Position numbers and translations under genes: made by a program. The notes below the pieces were generated by a model, which made no database searches, was not told where the DNA came from, and saw only the letters and a list, made by a program, of their open reading frames with translations. 48,324 bases of DNA from a virus. This document shows, piece by piece, positions 19,081 to 27,824 of this stretch (positions are counted from its first letter, which is position 1; every line of letters begins with the position of its first letter). The stretch lies in UHGV virus genome UHGV-0479444, one strand, 5' to 3'.

Positions 19081-19308
19081 ATATTCAAGGATAAGAAGAT
19101 ATTCGGTGGGTGTGCCCCTTCCCACATTTCTTTTGACCACTCGGGTGCGTAGCAGCACAATCTCTACTTCAAATATCTTAATAAAGTAGGAAGTTATCCG
19201 GCAGGCGTCGCCTCTCCTGCATCTCTTTTGACCACTTGGGTGCGTGGTTGCAACGAATTTTACCACCTCGAATAACTTCCTACTTATTGTATTCAAATTA
19301 TATAACAT
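19081..19308 (-). repeat. Structured repeat element in a 3' untranslated position
   Basis: Two 24-nt direct repeats (19127-19150 and 19222-19245, 21/24 identical). A perfect 14-bp inverted repeat AAGTAGGAAGTTAT/ATAACTTCCTACTT (19184-19197 and 19272-19285) encloses repeat 2. Extra local hairpins (GTGGG...CCCAC). Lies between a gene stop and a terminator. Confidence 0.35.
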
Positions 19309-19815
19309 CTATTCCTTTTTGTAAAGAATTGTTTTGTTCCTCAAATAGTTTTGCAGTCTTTTTTCACTAATCTCCCAACATGAAATTACTGAATTTTTAT
19401 AATTCGGATCATCATTTGAAGTGCATATTCTCAATACCATTTGAGCATATTCATTTCCTGTTTTGATCTTCTTTACAACTAACCCCGTATTTTTATGCTT
19501 ATCCTTTATAATAAGATCCGGTTCCCGTATAATATCTGACAAATAATCAATCACTTCTTTATAGGCCTCAGGGTGCCTATCCAATATATGTTGCATTTGA
19601 TTCTCTGTAATAATGACATCATCTGTAACAATATCTTCTGTGATACACCTATAAATATTACGATTTATTTTTCCTACTAAATGCACTTCAACAGCCTCTT
19701 TCGTCTTGAATACATTCATTATATCAGAATTTAGGGTTTCCGCAATATCCTTTTCTACGACTCGCCCACTTATTGGCGAAACAGGAGCGTCCAATAATGG
19801 ACACACCCACTGCAA
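19309..19815 (-). CDS. Hypothetical protein (168 aa; possibly starts at MNVFKTKEAV)
   Basis: Contains HILDRHPE and later EYAQMVLRICTS/ISCWEISEKRL. No confident family assignment. Confidence 0.5.
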   Translation of the reverse strand: MQWVCPLLDAPVSPISGRVVEKDIAETLNSDIMNVFKTKEAVEVHLVGKINRNIYRCITEDIVTDDVIITENQMQHILDRHPEAYKEVIDYLSDIIREPDLIIKDKHKNTGLVVKKIKTGNEYAQMVLRICTSNDDPNYKNSVISCWEISEKRLQNYLRNKTILYKKE

Positions 19816-19892
19816 TTACAGGTAGTCTCAGTCTGTGACCACCATTTTAACGGATGCTCAGTTTGAACCCCCGCTCAATTTGAGAGGGGGAG

Positions 19893-20546
19893 TTACGCTG
19901 CAATCTGCATTGTATTATTTTTCTGTATAAACTCCTTGATTTGATCGTATCCCCATCCACAATCTACAAGTCCACTTACCAAACATTCCATTGACTGAAT
20001 TGCTTTTAAATCTTCTACCGAAAGATAGTCTCTCAAATTGTCCTTCTTTCCAATTCCAAGATTCTCACGAAGTTGCTTTGCATTTACACCGAACAATACT
20101 TTATAAATACAGTTGGTGTAAGTAGAGTAAGCATGTCCGTGCATCCGCTCATTCTCTGTGGACTGTTGCAGTGCTTTTGTAAGTGATTGCCTGACAGCAA
20201 TTCCTTTTTCTCGTTCAACAAGTTTGCCTTGTAGGATTTTTTCCATAGCATTGAATTGCTTGATGTAGGCAAGTTTGAACTTCATAGCTTTCGCCCCCGT
20301 GTAACCCATTGCTAAAAGAGTAAAGCCGTCTCTTGTCATAAGATACATTGGATTCATTTTTCCATTGGATGCCTTGTAAGAATCCAAATAAAATAGAGCG
20401 GAAAATTCCGCTGTACTTATAGTAGACTCTATATTCCTTATAGACTCCATTACATCTCGATGATTCTTGTCAAATGTATCTGATACATCCAAACTTGATA
20501 CAACTGTCATTTCCATTTTATTCACTCTTTTTACTTCTACTAACAT
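19893..20546 (-). CDS. Rha-family phage regulatory protein (antirepressor-like)
   Basis: N-terminal ...MEMTVVSSLDVSDTFDKNHRDVMESIRNIE matches the Rha pattern (TSLEIAE.FGK.H.NVLRDI). ATG at 20546 has AAAGGA 9 nt upstream. The ORF tracker start at 20582 is TTG. Confidence 0.7.
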   Translation of the reverse strand: MLVEVKRVNKMEMTVVSSLDVSDTFDKNHRDVMESIRNIESTISTAEFSALFYLDSYKASNGKMNPMYLMTRDGFTLLAMGYTGAKAMKFKLAYIKQFNAMEKILQGKLVEREKGIAVRQSLTKALQQSTENERMHGHAYSTYTNCIYKVLFGVNAKQLRENLGIGKKDNLRDYLSVEDLKAIQSMECLVSGLVDCGWGYDQIKEFIQKNNTMQIAA

Positions 20547-20651
20547 ATTTTCAATCCTTTCGCTGAATCTCGTCAGTGTCAATTTGACACTATCTGTTTT
20601 TTAAGTATTAAAATAAGGTGCGGCACTTCGCCACACCTTTACACACACTCT

Positions 20652-21278
20652 CTACGTTCGTACGTTTTTCGTACGAAGCAATTCACTCACATCGCCGCCA
20701 TTGAGAAGCGCATCTTCAATCTGTCTTGTCCGATCATCCATAGCGGGTGCCTGTTCCAGACCGTAATACTTCTGCATTGCCCGGTAGAACTCCCTCTCCT
20801 CTTTTGAGAGGTTCTTATTAGACACGTCCATTGTACGGTACTCAATGACCTTTGACAGCCTTGTATCTTCTCCCAGATTCTCTAGAAGCAGCATAAACTT
20901 CCACCAGTGCATCTCTTCTGCCTGCAAGTCAATTCCGTACTGCTGGATGAAACCGGCATAGATCAGTCCCGCATCCTCTTGAAAGTCAAACGGTTGCTTA
21001 TCATTGACCCCTGCGATCTTCCGCGGGAATTTCTTCTTTGACTGCTCCTTGCCACAGGAAAAGAACCAAAACATCTGATCCACATGTTCTTCCGTGAAAT
21101 AATCACAATCTCTGTAAAACAACAGCAGCACTTTCAGTAAAGAATCTCCCGTCAATTCTTCTACGCTTTCTATGATTTCATTGCATTTTAAAACGGTGCG
21201 GAAGTCCCAATTTACAGACCACTCCGCACCATTCACGATCAAAAACTCTGGAAATTTTTCTATTAAGAGATTCATCAT
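20652..21278 (-). CDS. Tail assembly chaperone, Gp15-like (208 aa)
   Basis: Position after the major tail protein. ATGA-coupled to the upstream 117-aa ORF. Acidic helical protein typical of gpG/gpT-type chaperones. Confidence 0.5.
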   Translation of the reverse strand: MMNLLIEKFPEFLIVNGAEWSVNWDFRTVLKCNEIIESVEELTGDSLLKVLLLFYRDCDYFTEEHVDQMFWFFSCGKEQSKKKFPRKIAGVNDKQPFDFQEDAGLIYAGFIQQYGIDLQAEEMHWWKFMLLLENLGEDTRLSKVIEYRTMDVSNKNLSKEEREFYRAMQKYYGLEQAPAMDDRTRQIEDALLNGGDVSELLRTKNVRT

Positions 21279-21628
21279 TTTTCTACAGGAGCATTTTCCA
21301 TTGATAACATTTTCAATCTTCCCATGATCTCGTTGTACTGATTATCCTGTCTGATCTGCTCTGTGACCAACTGCTCATAAACTGCCATGCAAGTAAGCAG
21401 GTCATTTCCTTTTCCGCATACACAATCACCCGTACCCTCTCCAAATACAACATCAAACATCTGCTTCACTCTGCCACACAGAAATCTATTCTGCTCCAGT
21501 TCTGTTCCTTCTGGCAGCTCTTCTGCAACATGCTTCATCTTCTCTAACTCAGCTCTATATCGTTCTTTCAACTCTGGATTCTCCAGATCATACAGGTTGA
21601 ATTCCAATTCTACTCCATTGATAATCAT
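21275..21628 (-). CDS. Tail assembly protein/hypothetical (117 aa)
   Basis: Directly downstream of the major tail protein. Overlaps the next ORF by 4 nt. Confidence 0.4.
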   Translation of the reverse strand: MIINGVELEFNLYDLENPELKERYRAELEKMKHVAEELPEGTELEQNRFLCGRVKQMFDVVFGEGTGDCVCGKGNDLLTCMAVYEQLVTEQIRQDNQYNEIMGRLKMLSMENAPVEK

Positions 21629-21704
21629 GTTCTTGCGCTCCTTCCTTTTCCAATTCTTGCCTTACCTACTACTCCCACGCCAACCAAGGCATTATCGGCG
21701 GGGA

Positions 21705-22232
21705 TTATACTTCCCCCACCGTAAAGTTCTTTGTAGATGTATCAAACTGTCCATCTTCCCAGTCAGATACACCAAGTAAATTTCCAGAGCCCTGAATCTC
21801 ACCATCGTTGTCCGAGAAATCTGACACCTCGATGGCTACTTTTCTTCTCTTTGCATAAAACTTATTCTGCTGTTCTGCCACAGGCTTTTCCATGAACACC
21901 TTCACATAATAAGTTTCTGCATCCGTCCCTGTCTTTTCATTTTCTCCGATATCTGCAATAAATTCGATTGCTTTTTCGGAGCGGATCAGGTCAAACTCCA
22001 ATGGTGCGGTCCATTCATAAGAACCGATTCTCTGTGTTGCTGACTTCTGATTGACATATCTTTTGGAAGTTGGCTGCGCAGATGGAGAATCATCCAACTG
22101 AGTCACTCCAAATCCCAGAAGCTCATAAGTCCCGCTCAGATCTTTAGAAACATCCAGATATCCCGGATGCTGCCACCTTCCTACGACACCAGTTTCACCT
22201 GTTTCCGCAAAAAACTGAATATTCATTTTCAT
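21705..22232 (-). CDS. Major tail protein (175 aa from MKMNIQFFAE)
   Basis: Start at 22232 with GGAGGTAGTGAAAGT RBS. N-terminal NIQFFA motif common in Firmicutes phage tail/structural proteins. Synteny: neck proteins, major tail, chaperones. Confidence 0.65.
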   Translation of the reverse strand: MKMNIQFFAETGETGVVGRWQHPGYLDVSKDLSGTYELLGFGVTQLDDSPSAQPTSKRYVNQKSATQRIGSYEWTAPLEFDLIRSEKAIEFIADIGENEKTGTDAETYYVKVFMEKPVAEQQNKFYAKRRKVAIEVSDFSDNDGEIQGSGNLLGVSDWEDGQFDTSTKNFTVGEV

Positions 22233-22239
22233 ACTTTCA

Positions 22240-22668
22240 CTACCTCCGTTTATAATAAATAAATTGACATTGTATCCTGTACTGGCACTTCGTCTCCTGT
22301 GCGTCATACAGATATCCGTCTGTTGTTGCCCGAATAGATTTGCTTTGCAGTTTTCCCGTCAATTCCGGCAGAGCACCTGATTTCGTGCACTCATCCAACC
22401 AATCCGCAAATTTCTCATAGAATTCCGATGTGTCCCTGTTTTCTTCGTCTCCGTAAAGCACTCTGGAACATAACGAAAATACATACTGTCTGACAGTATC
22501 ACCGTTTGCGTACCGCTTTAAGATTGGTGCTGCTGGCGTACTTTCAATACTGTATGCAGTCACATCTTCCTCCAACATATCTACATTCACAACAGGGAAC
22601 ATCTCCTGAAACTCCTGCAGAAATGGACATCCGGCAATAAACTCCGCCACTTGGTTTGTTATGCTCAT
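22240..22668 (-). CDS. Tail terminator/tail completion protein (142 aa)
   Basis: Synteny immediately before the major tail protein. Size typical. Confidence 0.45.
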   Translation of the reverse strand: MSITNQVAEFIAGCPFLQEFQEMFPVVNVDMLEEDVTAYSIESTPAAPILKRYANGDTVRQYVFSLCSRVLYGDEENRDTSEFYEKFADWLDECTKSGALPELTGKLQSKSIRATTDGYLYDAQETKCQYRIQCQFIYYKRR

Positions 22669-23012
22669 TTCGCCTTACCTCCACAATATTTCGCAACAGA
22701 CTGCACAATTTCTTTCCCGCGATCCACCCACATCCGTTCTGTCCAGTGGCTACCGGCACGAGCATGTTTAGACCTATTTTTTCCCTTATTCTCATAGTAC
22801 TGTCTCCTTGCATAAGGAGTGTCATAAATGATAGAAGACGCTGTTTCCGTCACACTGTCCATTGACAGATTACCACTTAATCTCGGCACATACGGTGTAG
22901 ACAGACGTCTTACCTCATGGGTAAAGAACTTCTGCCCTGCTCCATTCTTATTTAGATTTCTCTTCAGTAGAATTTTATCCACAGGATCTATATCCAGCCT
23001 AATCTTCGCCAT
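22665..23012 (-). CDS. Neck protein, HK97 gp10-family (115 aa)
   Basis: Motifs ...TPYARRQYYENKG... and RLSGNL resemble the HK97 gp10 family. Synteny. Confidence 0.55.
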   Translation of the reverse strand: MAKIRLDIDPVDKILLKRNLNKNGAGQKFFTHEVRRLSTPYVPRLSGNLSMDSVTETASSIIYDTPYARRQYYENKGKNRSKHARAGSHWTERMWVDRGKEIVQSVAKYCGGKAK

Positions 23013-23425
23013 TAAGAACCACCACCTATCCTGATATGCTTAGAAGAACCAAAAAAGTTCTCGGAGTGACTGAGTACTTTCCCAATCGTTCCAGAGAACC
23101 TTTTCCTGATATCTTCTATTCCGGTGACATTTCCTCCATCCCATTCTCCCAGAATAAAGAAATCACCATTTCGCACAGTCCATTTTCCATACACTGCTGT
23201 TAACCGGTTGAACTCATCCGGTGAAATCCAGTCAGCACATTCTGAATATGGAATCCGGATCTGGTATTCATCTGCGCTTCTTAATCCATTTTCTCCTACG
23301 GTGCTTTTCTGGTTCGTGTGAAACCAGACCTTATGGATGACATGAGGAATAAACACCATCTTCCTGTTCTCCCGATCTGGCCACTGATTAAAAATCGTAA
23401 TCTTAGCATTCGTAAGCATTGACAT
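23012..23425 (-). CDS. Head closure/head-tail joining protein (137 aa)
   Basis: Synteny between the connector and the gp10-like protein. Confidence 0.45.
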   Translation of the reverse strand: MSMLTNAKITIFNQWPDRENRKMVFIPHVIHKVWFHTNQKSTVGENGLRSADEYQIRIPYSECADWISPDEFNRLTAVYGKWTVRNGDFFILGEWDGGNVTGIEDIRKRFSGTIGKVLSHSENFFGSSKHIRIGGGS

Positions 23426-23801
23426 TCACCCCCAGATAAAGCAGTCCTGTATGCGCTAGATAACGGCGGATGACCGCGTAGATTTTCGTTTGCAGAGCGT
23501 CTACTGCAATCTTCCCCGCCTCCGCTTCAGTCGCGTAATTCACGGAATATCCATCTGTGTTTTCCGACTGCACTTCCCTTCCTCCATGTTCCATTCGGTT
23601 CATATCATCCTGATAGATCATGTCAGCAAGTTCACACAGGCAAAGCTTCACTAACTCCATATCGTTCTCACTCGGCTGTAAATGCATCACTTGATTCAGA
23701 TAGGTGTTAGCTTTCAAGATCGGCTGTTTCAATGACCGTTCGTCCTCGATTATAATTCCATTGTATTCTTCTACGTAAAACTGAAAATCTACACGTATCA
23801 A
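23403..23801 (-). CDS. Head-tail connector (gp6/gp15-like) protein (132 aa)
   Basis: First gene after capsid/decoration. Size and helical character. Confidence 0.5.
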   Translation of the reverse strand: MIRVDFQFYVEEYNGIIIEDERSLKQPILKANTYLNQVMHLQPSENDMELVKLCLCELADMIYQDDMNRMEHGGREVQSENTDGYSVNYATEAEAGKIAVDALQTKIYAVIRRYLAHTGLLYLGVNVNAYEC

Positions 23802-23814
23802 CGCCTATTCCTCC

Positions 23815-24153
23815 TTACGAATTCGCCATAATCCCCTGTTTTTTCATTTCAGCAAGAATTGCATTGATTTTATTTTTTAAATCAGCCCCTGTTTCTGTGG
23901 ACAAATCTGCAATCAAAGCCATCTGTTTTACGCCACCAAGCGTTGTCTTGTTTGCTGCTGGAAGAGTGTAACTTGTTCCAGCAGGTCCCTGCGCACCCGG
24001 ATCGCCTTTTTCGCCTTTTGCCCCTGCTGGTCCTGCTGGTCCCGCTGGTCCTGCTGGTCCAACCTGCTCATTCTTCACGCCCTGCTCTAATTTATTCATT
24101 TTTTCTGCTGTCATAACGTCTCCATCACTCCATGTTGTTGGTGTATATGCCAT
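23815..24153 (-). CDS. Small collagen-like repeat protein (112 aa), putative head decoration/fibre
   Basis: G-X-Y run GPAGPAGPAGPAGAKGEKGDPGAQGPAGT. Located right after the major capsid gene. Confidence 0.6.
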   Translation of the reverse strand: MAYTPTTWSDGDVMTAEKMNKLEQGVKNEQVGPAGPAGPAGPAGAKGEKGDPGAQGPAGTSYTLPAANKTTLGGVKQMALIADLSTETGADLKNKINAILAEMKKQGIMANS

Positions 24154-24237
24154 ATCTACTACCTCCGTTATATTATTTCGCTTTTCCTACTTTTGCCTTG
24201 CCAACTTTCGCAGTTCCTACTTGTGCCAAATCGTCAT

Positions 24238-25104
24238 CTAGGCCTTTTTTTTTACAACTGCGTAGTTCTTGTCTCCAAGACGGTATCCGGTACAGATTTC
24301 CACCTGTGCAAGAGTTCCGTTGAAGTTCTCAGAGTCTTTCAGTCTTGCCATAGATAACAGGTCAATGATATGCAGTCCTCTCCAGTCATACATGATATAC
24401 TCTACCTTTGACAGATCTTCTGTCTGAAGCGTTTCTGTATAATCGTAGTATTTTGCTGCCGATGTCAGATCAAGCATATTACATTCTACCCACAGCATTC
24501 CGAGGTAATATCCCATCTGTCCGGTACGGATGATCTCGTCATTCTTTACCGGAGTAAATTTGTCCCCTGCAACTTCCAGCATCGTACTGTATGTCTCTAC
24601 AGATGCCATGACCACATTCGCGGACGCTTTCTGTTTACGGATTGTTTTTCTTCCTGCGATTATCTTACTGATAATGTTGGACGTTGTAATTGCTTCTGTG
24701 TCTTCCATTGCAGTTCCTTCGTGCACCAGACATGCAAGACCAGACTGCTGCCACCCTTCTTTGCAAACCTGTGTAGACTGTGCGAGATGAGCATCCGCTG
24801 TATCGAATGGTACGGCACTCGCCTGTACATTGTAGATTTTTGTTGATTCCTGCTGTGAATTGTTCATCAATACTGAAATCAGTTCATTTCCTGCAGTTCC
24901 ATGCTCAAAGTCAGATGCTGGCTTTTTCGGATCTTTTGCAGCCTTAGCAGCCAGACGGAATACTTTTACTGCTCCCGCTCCTTCCGCATCTCCCTGATAC
25001 TGATCGTTAAATGTCATTCCCGGCTGAAAAATTGCATCAAAATAAAAATTTGGTGCAACGATTGAACTGTATTTTTCACTTACATTATATCCGCCATATT
25101 TCAT
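24238..25104 (-). CDS. Major capsid protein (288 aa)
   Basis: Position after the scaffold gene. Size. RBS present. Confidence 0.65.
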   Translation of the reverse strand: MKYGGYNVSEKYSSIVAPNFYFDAIFQPGMTFNDQYQGDAEGAGAVKVFRLAAKAAKDPKKPASDFEHGTAGNELISVLMNNSQQESTKIYNVQASAVPFDTADAHLAQSTQVCKEGWQQSGLACLVHEGTAMEDTEAITTSNIISKIIAGRKTIRKQKASANVVMASVETYSTMLEVAGDKFTPVKNDEIIRTGQMGYYLGMLWVECNMLDLTSAAKYYDYTETLQTEDLSKVEYIMYDWRGLHIIDLLSMARLKDSENFNGTLAQVEICTGYRLGDKNYAVVKKKA

Positions 25105-25123
25105 ACTCTGTCATTCTCCTTTT

Positions 25124-25747
25124 CTATTTCGCATATTTGTTGTTTCCATATTTTCTTGAGAGGTAAGCTTCTTCTTCGGATTTTGTTTCCGGTCTATAAG
25201 TACCATGAGTTCCTCTTACCCACGTCTTTTTTCCTCCATCCGGTTCTTCCTGTTCGAACTCATCTGGGTATTTCTCTTTGACGCCTTTCATGTACTCATC
25301 TGCGCCAACAAAAGCACCATCTTTAAACTCCATCTTCTGTTCCAGAAACTCGTGTAAGATTGTCTTTCTGGATAAAGGAGATTTAATCTTCTGTGTATCC
25401 AGAAATCTCTCCGCTGCAAACATCTTGCGGTCTGATTCAATCTGGTCATTCAGTGCTTTTGTGTCTTCGTTGTACTTTTTCTCCCAGTCAGCGGCAGACT
25501 GCTTGATTCCGTCAATATCCATGTCCTTGTAAGACTTAATCGTAGTGTTTGCTTCGCCGAGCTGCGTCTCCAGTCCATTGGCTCTCGTCTCAAGGCTCTG
25601 GTACTTTTCCTTGCTGATATAGCCGCCATCTGATAAATCCACGAATCTGACATGCTTCAGCTTATCCTCGATTCCGTTGTTATGCTCCTGAATCTTTGCA
25701 TCTACCTGTCCGAAAAGTTCTTCTCCTAATACGTCTCTTAACTGCAT
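25124..25747 (-). CDS. Scaffolding protein (207 aa from MQLRDVLG)
   Basis: ATG at 25747 with AAGGAAAGGA RBS. Highly charged coiled-coil. Lies between MuF/portal and the capsid gene. Confidence 0.6.
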   Translation of the reverse strand: MQLRDVLGEELFGQVDAKIQEHNNGIEDKLKHVRFVDLSDGGYISKEKYQSLETRANGLETQLGEANTTIKSYKDMDIDGIKQSAADWEKKYNEDTKALNDQIESDRKMFAAERFLDTQKIKSPLSRKTILHEFLEQKMEFKDGAFVGADEYMKGVKEKYPDEFEQEEPDGGKKTWVRGTHGTYRPETKSEEEAYLSRKYGNNKYAK

Positions 25748-25999
25748 CTTTATTCCTTTCCTTGACCACTGTTTATTATCGCGGTGTCTCCGCTGGCCGT
25801 GGCAGTTATTCTCCCATGCCACAGGGGATGTTTTCCCGCAGTTTAAATGTCTTGAGGGTTGATCGGACAAATACTGTCCCCAAAATTGAGGAAAGCGTAT
25901 AAAAATAGCACCTACCACACTGGATAGATGCTAAATTTATTGTTTTTATTTTTGAAATTGGCATAAAAATACCACTCACTCAATTAAGAATGAATGGTA

Positions 26000-26191
26000 T
26001 CATCTCTTTTCCGCCGGTTCCATATGAATCTTAAAATTACAGGTTGTACAATTGAAATATGTACTTGTTTTTGGATTATAAGGTGTAATGATTTTACCTG
26101 TTTTACATTCCGGACAAATTACTTCTTTTCCATCCCGTAACGCCTTTATCATCATTCCAATTTCTTTTGGTGTCATTACTTTAGCCTCCAT
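26000..26191 (-). CDS. Small zinc-ribbon protein (63 aa), coupled to the MuF gene
   Basis: CPEC...CTTC (two CxxC pairs). Start overlaps the MuF 3' end by 16 nt. Confidence 0.5.
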   Translation of the reverse strand: MEAKVMTPKEIGMMIKALRDGKEVICPECKTGKIITPYNPKTSTYFNCTTCNFKIHMEPAEKR

Positions 26192-27813
26192 TCACGATCT
26201 GAATATCTTCCTTTTACTGATTTTATTATATTCCTAATGTCTTGTCCCGTCAATTTACCTTTCGTATGTAATTCAGCAAAATAGTCACAAACAGCTTCTG
26301 CGTGTTGATCTCCACCTATATCTAATCGGATATGCGTTGCTTCATGGATAATCGTTTCCGCCGTCTTCCGTATGCTTTGTGTTTCCACCCCATTGATATA
26401 GATATGATTTCCAATACATGATCCATACAGTCCTTCCAGTCCCGTTTCTGAAATTGTATTGCTGCTATAATATACGTTAACGGAAATATGATTCGTTTTA
26501 ATAAAATCAAGAACTGTCTTTCCAACATTTGACTTATTAAGATTTTTGTATAAGTTAGCTGCGAGTACTGTATCCATTTCTTTTGTAATCTCTACATCGA
26601 ATATTTTTTCTGCTGTCTTCTTTTTTATATTAGAAATTCTTGACTCAAATATTCTTCCCGGCAACACTCTTCCAAGTCCATCCATATAGACTCTCTGCAT
26701 CTGCTCTGGAAGCTCCATCTTTTTAGAAAACCCCTGATATTCCCGGAGTGTGTTCAGATACTTCGCTTGGGCTGCCTGTATGTCTAACTGACTGGCTTTT
26801 CCCTTTTTTAGAAGATCAATGTCACTTCTCTGCTTTCTCATTCTGGTTTCAAGCACTCTCTGCCGCTGCTGCGCTTCATAGGCATTGTATGATTTTCCAT
26901 GATAAGACCTTGTAATTTGTTCGTTTGCTTCCATTTCCCGTAATTGTTCTGGTGTATACGTTCTGACAGATACCCCTTCCACAAATGCAAAGTAGCTATG
27001 CTTACAGTTTGCCCCACACAGACCATCCACATCTCCTAAACGGCAGATCGAGATCAATTCCTGTTTGGTGTATACATTCCCTCCCCACCAGTGAGAAGGT
27101 CGATGCCCGGCATGCCATGTCACCTCATAAGTATCTGTCCCTAAATCCTTTGCCACCTGTTCATTGATCTGAGCAGCCAGTTGATGTACACCAGTCATGA
27201 CAGCGCGTCTGACTGCTACAGGAACACGATTCCCGTATCCTGATGCATAATTTACTGTCCGTATCCCACTGGCTGTCATTTCCTTTACTACACGCCTGAG
27301 AACGGTATTGTAATCGAACGCTCCGGTTACAATGTCCATACATGCACGATCAAGATACTTCTGATAGTACTCCGAAAATGGAGTGAATACTTTCTTTCCT
27401 CCGTAATCCAAAGCAAATCCCATTGATCGTGTGATATTCTGTATCTCATGTTTTGTCTGACTTAGAATTGCTTTCGCCCATGTCTGCATCTGCTCATTAT
27501 CTTCATAAGGTGTGAAATTGGCGTTCACCTGCTCGTAAATTTCTTTTACTCTGGTGTAATCCTTTTCAATCACTGTATCATAAATTTCCCACAGTTCTGG
27601 ATCAGTAAGCCCTGAAAGACGTTTGATTTCCGATTCAATGAACTCCGTGGAATTTCCAATGATCTGTATTCGGTTCAGCTGATAATCTGCTGTAGAAGTA
27701 ATCCCACCTGTCTTTTTAATTCTCCTGACCACATCCCTCATAATCCGGTTTTGCAGTTCAAGAAACATCTTCTCAAGCTGCAGTGGCAGGTGTTCCATTT
27801 CCTTTGGCTGCAT
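26176..27813 (-). CDS. Minor head protein, SPP1 gp7/Mu F family, with ~160-aa C-terminal HExxH extension (545 aa)
   Basis: Position immediately after portal. N-terminal 380 aa are head-morphogenesis-like. C-terminal TIIHEATHIRLDIGGDQHAEAVCDYFAE carries an HExxH...E zincin-like signature. Confidence 0.75.
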   Translation of the reverse strand: MQPKEMEHLPLQLEKMFLELQNRIMRDVVRRIKKTGGITSTADYQLNRIQIIGNSTEFIESEIKRLSGLTDPELWEIYDTVIEKDYTRVKEIYEQVNANFTPYEDNEQMQTWAKAILSQTKHEIQNITRSMGFALDYGGKKVFTPFSEYYQKYLDRACMDIVTGAFDYNTVLRRVVKEMTASGIRTVNYASGYGNRVPVAVRRAVMTGVHQLAAQINEQVAKDLGTDTYEVTWHAGHRPSHWWGGNVYTKQELISICRLGDVDGLCGANCKHSYFAFVEGVSVRTYTPEQLREMEANEQITRSYHGKSYNAYEAQQRQRVLETRMRKQRSDIDLLKKGKASQLDIQAAQAKYLNTLREYQGFSKKMELPEQMQRVYMDGLGRVLPGRIFESRISNIKKKTAEKIFDVEITKEMDTVLAANLYKNLNKSNVGKTVLDFIKTNHISVNVYYSSNTISETGLEGLYGSCIGNHIYINGVETQSIRKTAETIIHEATHIRLDIGGDQHAEAVCDYFAELHTKGKLTGQDIRNIIKSVKGRYSDREWRLK

Positions 27814-27824
27814 ATCTTCACGCC

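Noticed and set aside
19075-19308. 77-aa ORF on the - strand (MLYNLNTISRKLF...)
   Set aside because: Its start abuts the preceding stop with no SD. The sequence is dominated by direct and inverted repeats, and no domain is present. It is better explained as a structured or repeat element.
19081-19308. Retron msr/msd or type III toxin-antitoxin (ToxI-like repeats) interpretation of the repeat element
   Set aside because: There is no reverse transcriptase gene anywhere in the window. There are only two repeats, and they lie downstream (not upstream) of the protein gene, unlike ToxIN.
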